A DNA stretch of 38,824 nt from Smithella sp. (GTDB lineage Bacteria > Desulfobacterota > Syntrophia > Syntrophales > Smithellaceae): contig JBEKJX010000013.1 of the NCBI GenBank assembly GCA_050011015.1, forward strand, positions 1-38,824, read 5' to 3'. This document shows positions 17,270-25,468 of the stretch, one piece after another. Made by a program: the position numbers and the translations under genes. Numbering within the stretch: the stretch's first letter is position 1; each line of letters opens with the position of its first letter. The notes beneath the pieces are model-generated. The model did not search any database, had not been told where the DNA came from, and worked only from the letters and a program-made list of their open reading frames with translations.

Positions 17270-18667
17270 TCATGCTCTGCCCGGTCTTCTCTTTACTATC
17301 GTTTTTGCTTTCTCTTCAGCTTTTTTCTTGAAGATGGGCACCACAAGCAGCGTATAGAGAATCATGCAGATAAAAAATCCGCCCATAACGACAGCCACCC
17401 AGTAATTCTTAAAGAGCTCCCTTCCCATATAGTCGCGGCTGACATCGGTAAATATGGCAAGCATCAGTCCGGTAAAGACCACGATGACGATAACCGGTAT
17501 GGTATAGCCCAGAGGGATTTTAAACGATCTTTCTTTGTCCGGGAATTTTTTCCTGAGCCTGATGACGCATACGCCCGCGACAACATAGATAAAGCACTCA
17601 AGCGCCGCCGCCATCAGTATGATGAAAAGATAATTGCCTGTTATGAAAATGGCGATACTTACCGACATCGCAAATATCATGAGCGCCAGGATTGCCACCC
17701 AGGGAGTCGCATAGTCCGGATGAAGCTTGCTGAACATTTTGGGCAGGACATTATCCCTGGCCATGGCGTAAGTGAAACGCGAGGTATTCAAAAGACCGGC
17801 GTTGAAAGATGTGACCGATGCCAGCACGCTCATGAACATCAGGAGCGCTACACCCGGCAGGCCGAAGAGGTTTCTGCCAAGAAGGATGTGTGGTATCGGC
17901 GTTCCGCTCAGGCGCTGCTCGGGGGTGAGTCCGATCCACAGGGCAACGGTAAACAGCGAATAGACGACGGAAAGGATTCCGACGGTAATCAGCATGCCCT
18001 TGCCGATGAGCCGGTAATCCTCTGTCTCCTCGGCAAGAGGTGTGACCCACTCGAAACCGACGAAAAGGAATACGCCCACCCCGGCCGCCTGGATTATATT
18101 CGAAAGTGTAAATTTCGGGCTGGCAAGGGCGGGGGTGAAATCAATTCCGATTTTCGAGATGGCATAGATGGAAACGAAGGCGAGCAGGGCGATCTTGCTG
18201 AATGTCATGATGTCTTCCGCGAGGCCGGTAATCTTCACTCCGCGATAATTGATGAAGGACACAAACAGGATGAAAATGAACGACCAGAAGATACGGTCTG
18301 CCATCGGGCTTATGAATGTATGAGCGCTTATCATGACGCTCGAAAGGATATAGCTTTCCGCGCCGACCATGGAGATGCCGAGCACGACATAGAACATCCC
18401 GATAATAATGGCCACGCGTTCGTTGAACGCGTTCTGGATAAAAAGTTTAATGCCCGCAGCCGACGGGTATAGAGATGTGAGCTCGGAAAAGCACATGGCC
18501 GAGAGCAGACAGAACAGCCCCGCAACCAGTATGGATATCCAGGCGAGCTCGCCCACGACAATGATGGCCACCTGCAGGCCGGCAATATAGCAGGATGTGG
18601 CAAGAGCCATTCCGACCGATGTAGATATGACGGTCCTGAGCTTCAAAACCTTCTTGAGCGTAGTCAT
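17270..18667 (-). CDS. APC-superfamily amino acid / amine permease
   Basis: 465 aa with about 12 hydrophobic spans. N-terminal pattern SVGMALATSCYIAGLQ...FSELTSLYPSAAG is typical of APC transporters. Strong SD GAAGGAGG. Confidence 0.88.
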   Translation of the reverse strand: MTTLKKVLKLRTVISTSVGMALATSCYIAGLQVAIIVVGELAWISILVAGLFCLLSAMCFSELTSLYPSAAGIKLFIQNAFNERVAIIIGMFYVVLGISMVGAESYILSSVMISAHTFISPMADRIFWSFIFILFVSFINYRGVKITGLAEDIMTFSKIALLAFVSIYAISKIGIDFTPALASPKFTLSNIIQAAGVGVFLFVGFEWVTPLAEETEDYRLIGKGMLITVGILSVVYSLFTVALWIGLTPEQRLSGTPIPHILLGRNLFGLPGVALLMFMSVLASVTSFNAGLLNTSRFTYAMARDNVLPKMFSKLHPDYATPWVAILALMIFAMSVSIAIFITGNYLFIILMAAALECFIYVVAGVCVIRLRKKFPDKERSFKIPLGYTIPVIVIVVFTGLMLAIFTDVSRDYMGRELFKNYWVAVVMGGFFICMILYTLLVVPIFKKKAEEKAKTIVKRRPGRA

Positions 18668-18668
18668 T

Positions 18669-18746
18669 GAGCCTCCTTCATGTTGTTTTGTGAATAATCA
18701 TACCGAGTTGCATTCAAAAGATAACGCGGCGGCAAGGAGGAGGCTC
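18669..18746 (-). promoter_or_regulatory. Anti-SD / SD pairing in the permease 5' leader
   Basis: On the minus strand, GAGCCTCCT (complement of plus-strand 18738-18746) is perfectly complementary to the ribosome-binding region AGGAGGCTC (complement of plus-strand 18669-18677), which ends 2 nt before the ATG. The loop is about 60 nt. Confidence 0.4.
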
Positions 18747-18953
18747 CACAGATGTATTATTAATACGTTGAGGAAGCCGACGACGCAGCCAACAAAGTTA
18801 GCTAAAGAATGCGACTTGGTATCAGTCCTTTATGAAGCGGACAGACCTGCAACGGCAGATTATACAACCCTGATAATGTTTTTATGGTGTTGCTTTTACT
18901 TTGATCCCGCCGGCAGATTATATATCCGGTTTTACATACTATTATATGTCCGT

Positions 18954-19313
18954 TTATACATCGGGCCAGATGATCATGGTGATGGCATCGAGCCTGATAA
19001 CGTCTTCCTGGGTTGCCTTCACCTTGATCTCGCCGGCAAGGTATTTCTGAGAAGGGTTGAGGTCGCCCCAGAACATGTCACACAGGTTTTCACTCGTCGC
19101 CGTGACAATGATATCCGGCGCTCCGCTCGCGCCTGATTTAAAGGAAACAATTTCGCCATTCACCACATTCATGGTGAATACGTCTCCCGTGTCTTCCGCT
19201 ACGAAATGAATGAGCTTCGACCAGTCCCGCTGCATCTTGCGCAATCTTTTGTTTTCGTTGCACTGACCCTGATAGTCGGCCAACGCTTCAAGAATTTCCT
19301 GACTTGTAGCCAT
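18954..19313 (-). CDS. SCP2 (sterol carrier protein 2-like) domain protein
   Basis: C-terminal LNPSQKYLAGEIKVKATQEDVIRLDAI resembles the SCP2 signature. 119 aa. SD AGGAGG. Confidence 0.7.
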   Translation of the reverse strand: MATSQEILEALADYQGQCNENKRLRKMQRDWSKLIHFVAEDTGDVFTMNVVNGEIVSFKSGASGAPDIIVTATSENLCDMFWGDLNPSQKYLAGEIKVKATQEDVIRLDAITMIIWPDV

Positions 19314-19340
19314 GTCGTTCCTCCTGAGATATTTATATTG

Positions 19341-20609
19341 TTAATCGTTTTTGCCGAGGCCGGCTTCTCCGGAAAGTTCCTTCATGGATTCCGCGAGGGC
19401 ATCGATGACGAAATCAACTTCCGCCGGGGTAATCACCAGGGGAGGCATCAGCCGGCAGATGCTCGGGTCGTTCCCTGTATATATGGCAATAACGCCTCTA
19501 TCGGCAAGTTTTTTCGTCATCCGCGGCCCGATGGATTCGTTGGTATACTGCAGCCCGATCATAAGGCCGCTCTGGCGCACTTCAAGCAGGAGCGATGGAT
19601 AGTCCTTCAGGAGCGCGTCTAACCCGGCACGGAATCTTATGCCCATTTTTTCGGCGTGACCGGCAAGGTCGTGCTTCTGTATGTAGTCGATGACCGCCAT
19701 GCCCACAATACAGCCAAGGTCGGAACCGCCGAAGGTGGAAAGATGTATGAAAGGATGGGGGATGAAAAAGTCCTGAATATCCTCCTTGAAGATAGTTGCC
19801 GAAATGGGATAGATGCCGCCGCCTAAAGATTTGGCGACGGTCATGATGTCCGGGACAACGCCCCAGTGCTCGGAAGCGAACATCTTTCCCGTCCGCGCGA
19901 AACCAGTCTGTATCTCATCGAGAATGAGCAGGATTTCGTGATCATCGCATAATTTCCGGACCTGCGGGAGGTAATCGCCGGGTGGAATGTTGATGCCGCC
20001 TTCGCCCTGGATGGGTTCAAGGATTACCGCGGCGGTATCGGAAGTAATCGCTTTCTTCATGGCCTCTATATCTCCAAAGGGCACCATTTTGAACCCCGGC
20101 ATGAGCGGCTCGAAAGGTTCCTTGTAAGCGTCGCGCCCGATGGCGGAAAGAGCAAAGCCGGTATGGCCGTGATAAGCTTTTTCGGTGTAAATGATTTCTT
20201 TTTTCATGGTATAGCCGCGGGCAATCTTGATGGCCGCGTCGTTGGCTTCGCCCCCGCCGGCGCCGAAGATTGTGCATTTCAGGTCGCCCGGCGTGATTTC
20301 GGCAAGTTTTTTCGCGAGGTCGGCTTTCGGCTTTGAACAGAGGAGAAAAACGCCGATATCATAGGTATCGAGAGCCTTTTTCAGGGCTTCGACAATATCC
20401 GGATTGCGCCGCCCCACATTCATGATTCCGGAGCCGGTCTGGCAGTCGATGTACTTTTTCCCTGTTACGTCCCAGACGTTGACCCCTTCGCGCTTGTCTT
20501 CGATGATGTCAAGCCCCGCAGCCTTCATGGTCCGCACTTTCATCGGACCGATGAATTTCGAGAAATTGGACAGGGCTTCCGCCTTAATTCCCGCAAGATC
20601 GTTTCCCAT
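19341..20609 (-). CDS. Class III (omega-) aminotransferase
   Basis: [35 protein letters not shown] (PLP lysine), AYHGHT, and [20 protein letters not shown] at 20609, with a GTG one codon upstream. Confidence 0.9.
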   Translation of the reverse strand: MGNDLAGIKAEALSNFSKFIGPMKVRTMKAAGLDIIEDKREGVNVWDVTGKKYIDCQTGSGIMNVGRRNPDIVEALKKALDTYDIGVFLLCSKPKADLAKKLAEITPGDLKCTIFGAGGGEANDAAIKIARGYTMKKEIIYTEKAYHGHTGFALSAIGRDAYKEPFEPLMPGFKMVPFGDIEAMKKAITSDTAAVILEPIQGEGGINIPPGDYLPQVRKLCDDHEILLILDEIQTGFARTGKMFASEHWGVVPDIMTVAKSLGGGIYPISATIFKEDIQDFFIPHPFIHLSTFGGSDLGCIVGMAVIDYIQKHDLAGHAEKMGIRFRAGLDALLKDYPSLLLEVRQSGLMIGLQYTNESIGPRMTKKLADRGVIAIYTGNDPSICRLMPPLVITPAEVDFVIDALAESMKELSGEAGLGKND

Positions 20610-20714
20610 CACGCCACCTCCAGAATATTATGATGTGTTTATCTAATCAATAATTTTTTCCTTTGTATAAATTCCGCGTGTGTTAACAAAAGTCATTCTG
20701 CTGCATTACACAAT

Positions 20715-21815
20715 TTATATTGGAGCACAGTCCATGCTGAGAGCTTCGGCGACCCGGCGGCACGTGATGCTTCCCTTGTGGACATTTACGCCTCTGGCGA
20801 GCGCGGGATCGTCTGCAATTGCTTTCCTGTAACCCTTGTCGGCGATGGCCGCAGCAAAGGGAAGCGTTGCGTTCGTTAGCGCGAAAGTCGACGTCCTTGG
20901 AACAGCTCCCGGCATATTGGCGACACAGTAGTGGACGATGCCCTCTTCGATGTAAATCGGATCAAGGTGCGTTGTGGGCCTGCTGGTCTCAGAGCATCCG
21001 CCCTGGTCTATCGCGATGTCCAGAAAAGCCGATCCCTTTTTCATCTTCCGGAGCATATCCCGCCTGATAAGTTTCGGCGCCCGTGCTCCCGGTATCAGCA
21101 CCGACCCGATGACCAGGTCGGCATTGATGCAGCTCTCTTCGATGTTTCCCGAATTCGACATGAGCGTAACAACGCGGGAATGGAATATATCCTCAATGTA
21201 ACAAAGCCGGGCAAAGTTGACGTCGATAATCGTAACACGGGCTCCCATGCCGGCCGCCAGGTGAGCCGCGTTCAGGCCGGATATCCCGCCGCCGATAATT
21301 GTCACATTGGCGGGCGCGACACCCGGCACGCCGGACAGGAGAATCCCTTTCCCTCCGTTTTTCACCTCCAGGCAGGCGCATCCCATCTGGATCGATAGCC
21401 GTCCGGCGACCGCGCTCATGGGCGCAAGCAGAGGCAGGCTGCCGTCGCCGGATTGAACCGTTTCGTACGCGATTCCGATAACTTTCTTCTCCAGAAGTTT
21501 GTCGGCAAGTGTTTTATTGGCGGCGAGGTGCAGATATGCAAAGAGGATATGGCCTTCTTTCATAAGACCGAATTCCGATTCCACCGGCTCCTTGACTTTA
21601 AGTATCATTTCACCGGCATCCCATATATCAGCAGCCGAATTGAGAATTATCGCCCCCGCCGCGGTGTATTCATCATCCTGAATGCCGGATATGATTCCGG
21701 CATTTTTTTCGATATATACAGTATGTCCGTTTTCCACCAGAGTTTTCAATCCCTGGGGTGTTATTGCCACACGGCCTTCCATAATTTTAATCTCTTTGGG
21801 AACAGCTATTTTCAT
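20715..21815 (-). CDS. ald: Alanine dehydrogenase
   Basis: MKIAVPKEIKIMEGRVAITPQG N-terminus and VTIIGGGISGLNAAHLAAGMGARVTIID Rossmann motif. The ORF-track start at 21833 is TTG. ATG at 21815 has SD GGAG. Confidence 0.9.
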   Translation of the reverse strand: MKIAVPKEIKIMEGRVAITPQGLKTLVENGHTVYIEKNAGIISGIQDDEYTAAGAIILNSAADIWDAGEMILKVKEPVESEFGLMKEGHILFAYLHLAANKTLADKLLEKKVIGIAYETVQSGDGSLPLLAPMSAVAGRLSIQMGCACLEVKNGGKGILLSGVPGVAPANVTIIGGGISGLNAAHLAAGMGARVTIIDVNFARLCYIEDIFHSRVVTLMSNSGNIEESCINADLVIGSVLIPGARAPKLIRRDMLRKMKKGSAFLDIAIDQGGCSETSRPTTHLDPIYIEEGIVHYCVANMPGAVPRTSTFALTNATLPFAAAIADKGYRKAIADDPALARGVNVHKGSITCRRVAEALSMDCAPI

Positions 21816-21954
21816 AAAAATCTCCGTAAACAATGTATGTTCCGGTTTGCAGCCGTTTGCAGGAATGATCGCCGCCTCTTGCCGGAATTCATTTGTTTCA
21901 TCAGTAATAAAACCACGAAAAGCGCATTATCCCGGCAATGATGCAGTATAGTAG

Positions 21955-21970
21955 TTAGTCAACTGACTAA
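21955..21970. promoter_or_regulatory. Palindrome TTAGTCA-ac-TGACTAA between ald and the divergent TetR gene; candidate TetR operator
   Basis: Perfect 7-bp arms with a 2-bp spacer, the same architecture as the 6271-6292 palindrome. About 140 nt upstream of the ald start. Confidence 0.4.
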
Positions 21971-22215
21971 AACTATAACACGCTTTTTATATTTGTCAAC
22001 TATTTTTTAACGAACTGCCATAAACTATTTTTGATCCTGCCTGCCATGCGTACGCTCCATAATTATTCGGGAATCAAAATGATTCATTTACTTTTTTTCT
22101 GTTTCTGTTTATATAGTGACATGAAATTATTCTTTGCCTCTGTATTTAAGTTTCGTTTCTTACAGAGGATAGATATAAATATTTAAATATAAAAATTCGT
22201 AGAAAGAGTAAAATT

Positions 22216-22792
22216 ATGCCACGTGTCAGCGTTAAAGAGAAAAGAAGATTACAAATAATTGAGGCACTTAACGATTGCCTTATTACAACTTCATTTTCTA
22301 AAACGTCCATCAAGGACATCGCCAGAAAAGCCAACGTCAACCACGGTGTTTTGCATTATTACTTTAAAAACAAGGAAGACATTCTTCTCAATTATATTGA
22401 TTTCATCATTGATAAATATTTGGCTATTTTTTACCAGTAAAAAATATACCAGACATGATGTCTTTATCGAGGAATCCTTGAAATTTATAAACAAAAAGGT
22501 CACTCTCGACAGAAATATTTCTAGAATATTCATCGAAATATGGGAAATCTCTCTCTACAACAAGAAAGTCCGCAAGAAGCTGGAGCAGATGTACAAAGTA
22601 TGGGCAGAGATTGTCACCGGTGAGATCGGGAAGGTCATAAAAGATAAAAAAAAGGCAAAAGAATTGAGCATCGCAATGATTGCTTTTTTCGAAGGTGTTG
22701 CTATGTTATCAATTATTTTCAATGAAAAGGAATTTGACTGGAAAGAAATATTAAATAATTTCAATAAGCTGGTTTTGAAAACATTTTTTTGA
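22216..22792 (+). pseudogene. TetR family regulator interrupted by a +1 frameshift in a T6 run near 22424-22430
   Basis: Frame 1 gives the HTH part (RRLQIIEALNDCLITTSFSKTSIKDIARKANVNHGVLHYYFKNKEDIL) and stops at 22438-22440. Frame 2 continues with a TetR_C-like part (TSKKYTRHDVF...IAFFEGVAMLSIIF) to 22792. Removing one T from gctatttttt-acc restores a single ~191-aa ORF. Confidence 0.75.
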
Positions 22793-22888
22793 TAAAAAGC
22801 CGGTTCGGGGCAATCCTGAAACTGTGTCCTTTGCCCGTTTGCTTTGCTTGGGCGACCGGGCTGTTGTGTTTGCTGCCGGTTATGCCAG

Positions 22889-23386
22889 TTAGTCAATCAA
22901 CACAAATCCGTAACGATTCTGAGTTTCATTCTCACTTTGCAAAGGCCGGCATGGCAGCCCAAGGCTCCGGGCGGTTTGAAAAATATCAATGCCGAACGGC
23001 GCTTCACAAGGCCTTATTTTTTGAGGAGTAAGACAAGGTTTCCCTTGTTCCAATGCACATGATTTACACAAACGGCAGTACCGCAGCGCGAAAGCAAAAT
23101 AATACCCGTTAAGAAACGCAGCTCTCTCTATATCAAGAAGCGATTTGCTGAGCTCATGCGCATCATGAGAATGAACAAACAGAATGTTTTTATATTTCCT
23201 GATCATGGCAACACGTTCATCGTATGAAGTATTTCTTGCATGGCAGCGTATGTTTTCCTCCGAGAATTCTTCGCAGCCCCATCGGCATTTCAATATCGCC
23301 CGGATGTCAAAGACAATGTTATCGGGGGTGATAGGTAACGCATCGGCCATGCCGTTATTTTTTGCAAGCTGAATGTATTTTTCCAT
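22889..23386 (-). CDS. DUF2284-type predicted metal-binding (Cys-rich) protein
   Basis: 165 aa with LKCRWGCEEF...CRLCKSCAL...PCRP Cys pattern, as I recall it for DUF2284 proteins of anaerobes. Confidence 0.65.
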   Translation of the reverse strand: MEKYIQLAKNNGMADALPITPDNIVFDIRAILKCRWGCEEFSEENIRCHARNTSYDERVAMIRKYKNILFVHSHDAHELSKSLLDIERAAFLNGYYFAFALRYCRLCKSCALEQGKPCLTPQKIRPCEAPFGIDIFQTARSLGLPCRPLQSENETQNRYGFVLID

Positions 23387-23546
23387 TATTGATAATATCC
23401 TGTTTGCTTTGCCGCGCGACGATGTTCAATATATCTTTATAGAAATCTTATTTTGCCGGATTGCGGTATAACACCATTAGTGAATAATGGTCGTAACGAT
23501 TGCTGTCTTGTATTTATCGGTCGGGTTCAGACCAACAATTGCTCTA

Positions 23547-23792
23547 TTAAGAAGAGGGTTTTTGTTCCTGTTTGCAGACATCAACGCATTCTTGATATAT
23601 TGCCTCGCATCGTCTTGGATCCGCGGTCATATTGTAGCAGACTTGTTCTTTGTCGTAACAACTATCCATGCATGCCTGTATGCGTTTGTCTTGTGCTTCG
23701 TCCGCGACAGAAATGCCGGGAAAAGAGTAAATTACAAAAGATATAATCATGACAAAACACGAAATAATAGAAAATGTTCTCAACGGTTTCAT
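23547..23792 (-). CDS. Small secreted Cys-rich protein (81 aa; twin CX3C pattern)
   Basis: Signal peptide MKPLRTFSIISCFVMIISFVIYSFPGISVA. The mature ~50 aa has six Cys: C-x3-C-x6-C-x10-C-x7-C-x3-C. Confidence 0.5.
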   Translation of the reverse strand: MKPLRTFSIISCFVMIISFVIYSFPGISVADEAQDKRIQACMDSCYDKEQVCYNMTADPRRCEAIYQECVDVCKQEQKPSS

Positions 23793-23910
23793 AATGTCAC
23801 CATTTTAAATTATAAATAATCGATTTTTGTATTTTACCGCTTTAAAGCATGCAGGTCCACTAAAAATTACCGGATTTTCTCTTTATAAAAAATCAGGTAA
23901 AGAAAATGCT

Positions 23911-25023
23911 TTAATATCTGCATAAAGGCTGGGAAGTTCCGTATCGGGTAAGAACGATCTGCCAGAGTTGAAGGTTCCGGGCACGGAAAGTTCCGGCGCA
24001 GGAAAGCAGATAATATTCCCACATCCGTTTGAACTTGTCATCGTATTTATCTTTCAATTTGTCCCAGGATTTTTGAAAATTTTCATGCCAGGCCAGCAGG
24101 GTCTTTTCATAATGAGGCCCCAGGTTGTGCAAGTCCTCCATGACAAACAGCCCTTCGATGGCTTTGCTTATCTGAGCGATGCTTGGTATCATCCCGTTGG
24201 GGAAGATATATTTGTTTATCCATGGATCGCTTTTGATGGTGGATTCGTTGCCGCCGATCGTATGCAGCAGGAAAATCCCGTTGTCCCGAAGGCAGCGGTG
24301 AACAGCTTTCATGAAGGTTTTGTAGTTTTTTTGTCCTACGTGTTCAAACATGCCTACGGAAATTATTTTATCAAATGTGCCCTGGAGATCCCGGTAATCA
24401 CAAGACAGGATTTTTACCGGAAAATTCTTGCATAAATCCCTGGCATGGCGAATCTGTTCGGATGATATATTGATGGCGGTCACATTGCAGTTGTAATGTT
24501 GGGCCATATATCTGGCAAATCCTCCCCAGCCGCTGCCGATGTCCAGGACGTGATCATTCTGGCGAAGATCAATCTTTTTGCAGATCAAATCCATTTTTTT
24601 GATTTGGGCGTCATTGAGATCTTTTGTGCCGTCGAAATAGGCGCAGCTATACTGATTGTAAGGGTCCAGAAAGGACATGAACAGGTCATTGTCAAGATCA
24701 TAGTGCCGTTTTGCAATAATGGAGGAACGTCTTTGGGACTGCTTGTTGAAAAGCATGGCGAATAATGAATTAATGAGAAATCTATATCCTTCCTTGATTT
24801 TTTCATCGAGTCTGATTTTCAATATCCTGTAAATGAATTCGTCGAGTTGATGACAGTTCCACCATCCTTCCATGTATGCTTCTCCAAGTCCCAGATTCTT
24901 GCTTTTTAGCGCCCGTGAAAAAGTCCTGTCATCTTTGACCTGGATGTCCCATGGATTGCTCCCATTGATAGCAATTCCGGCAGGTTTCAATATTTCTTCA
25001 ATCATATCACGATGGTTCAACAT
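23911..25023 (-). CDS. cfa: Cyclopropane-fatty-acyl-phospholipid synthase
   Basis: SAM motif VLDIGSGWGGFARYMAQHY. N-terminal LGLGEAYMEGWW and C-terminal WEYYLLSCAGTFRAR blocks are typical of CFA synthases. Confidence 0.9.
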   Translation of the reverse strand: MLNHRDMIEEILKPAGIAINGSNPWDIQVKDDRTFSRALKSKNLGLGEAYMEGWWNCHQLDEFIYRILKIRLDEKIKEGYRFLINSLFAMLFNKQSQRRSSIIAKRHYDLDNDLFMSFLDPYNQYSCAYFDGTKDLNDAQIKKMDLICKKIDLRQNDHVLDIGSGWGGFARYMAQHYNCNVTAINISSEQIRHARDLCKNFPVKILSCDYRDLQGTFDKIISVGMFEHVGQKNYKTFMKAVHRCLRDNGIFLLHTIGGNESTIKSDPWINKYIFPNGMIPSIAQISKAIEGLFVMEDLHNLGPHYEKTLLAWHENFQKSWDKLKDKYDDKFKRMWEYYLLSCAGTFRARNLQLWQIVLTRYGTSQPLCRY

Positions 25024-25222
25024 TTTATGATTCCTCCTTTTCTCCCTTCATTCCGAATCAAATAAAATTATATTTTTCTTACCATGTTCCGGCAGAAGAA
25101 TAGTCTTTTAATACATATATATGCATCACGTCCTGCCCATCGACAGGCAAATTGAAGGATTGGTTTCTGATTTGCGCTTTTTGGTCAGCCTTGGATTGGA
25201 AATGGATTTATCGGGCAGATAG

Positions 25223-25260
25223 AAAGCCTCCAAAAGGGCATATTCCCCTCTGGAGGCTTT
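25223..25260. terminator. Strong hairpin AAAGCCTCCA-N18-TGGAGGCTTT between the TMTC-like gene and cfa
   Basis: Perfect 10-bp arms read directly. The flanking T-tract is weak, so its role as a terminator is uncertain. Confidence 0.35.
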
Positions 25261-25468
25261 AAATGGACAATTTCATACAATATCTTCTTTTCATCGTCTG
25301 CTCCAAAAAGGTTAATTCTAAAGCAGGAATGTCCGGAGAAATATAGTTTTGATAAGAATTTTCTTACATTATAAATATCATAAGCAATTTGCTCCAGCAT
25401 GTCAATTGTTTTTTAGAATATTGCCGGTTTAAATATCGCATGGACGGAAAAAATAAATGTTAAGGGAA

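Noticed and set aside
17237-18472. 411-aa plus-strand ORF
   Set aside because: It lies entirely antisense to the well-supported APC permease. Its His/Asp/Arg/Gly-rich composition is typical of the reverse frame of a membrane-protein gene. It has no motif and no SD.
18747-18953. Known riboswitch (glycine, lysine, other amino-acid classes) in the permease leader
   Set aside because: I could not recognise the conserved cores of these classes by eye. It is retained only as an unclassified candidate pending an Rfam scan.
18597-19136. 179-aa plus-strand ORF spanning the permease-SCP2 intergenic region
   Set aside because: It runs antisense into the SCP2 gene, has a low-complexity sequence, and crosses a region better explained as the permease 5' leader.
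21453-21941. 162-aa plus-strand ORF, plus other plus-strand ORFs across 20819-21951
   Set aside because: They are antisense to the alanine dehydrogenase gene, which has unambiguous motifs.
22424-22440. Programmed +1 ribosomal frameshift in the TetR gene
   Set aside because: There is no known recoding context, such as a slippery site with a stimulatory structure. A homopolymer indel, real or from sequencing, is the simpler explanation.
25185-25400. 71-aa minus-strand ORF between the TMTC-like gene and cfa
   Set aside because: No SD and no domain. It spans a strong hairpin (25223-25260) and looks like a chance ORF in an intergenic region.
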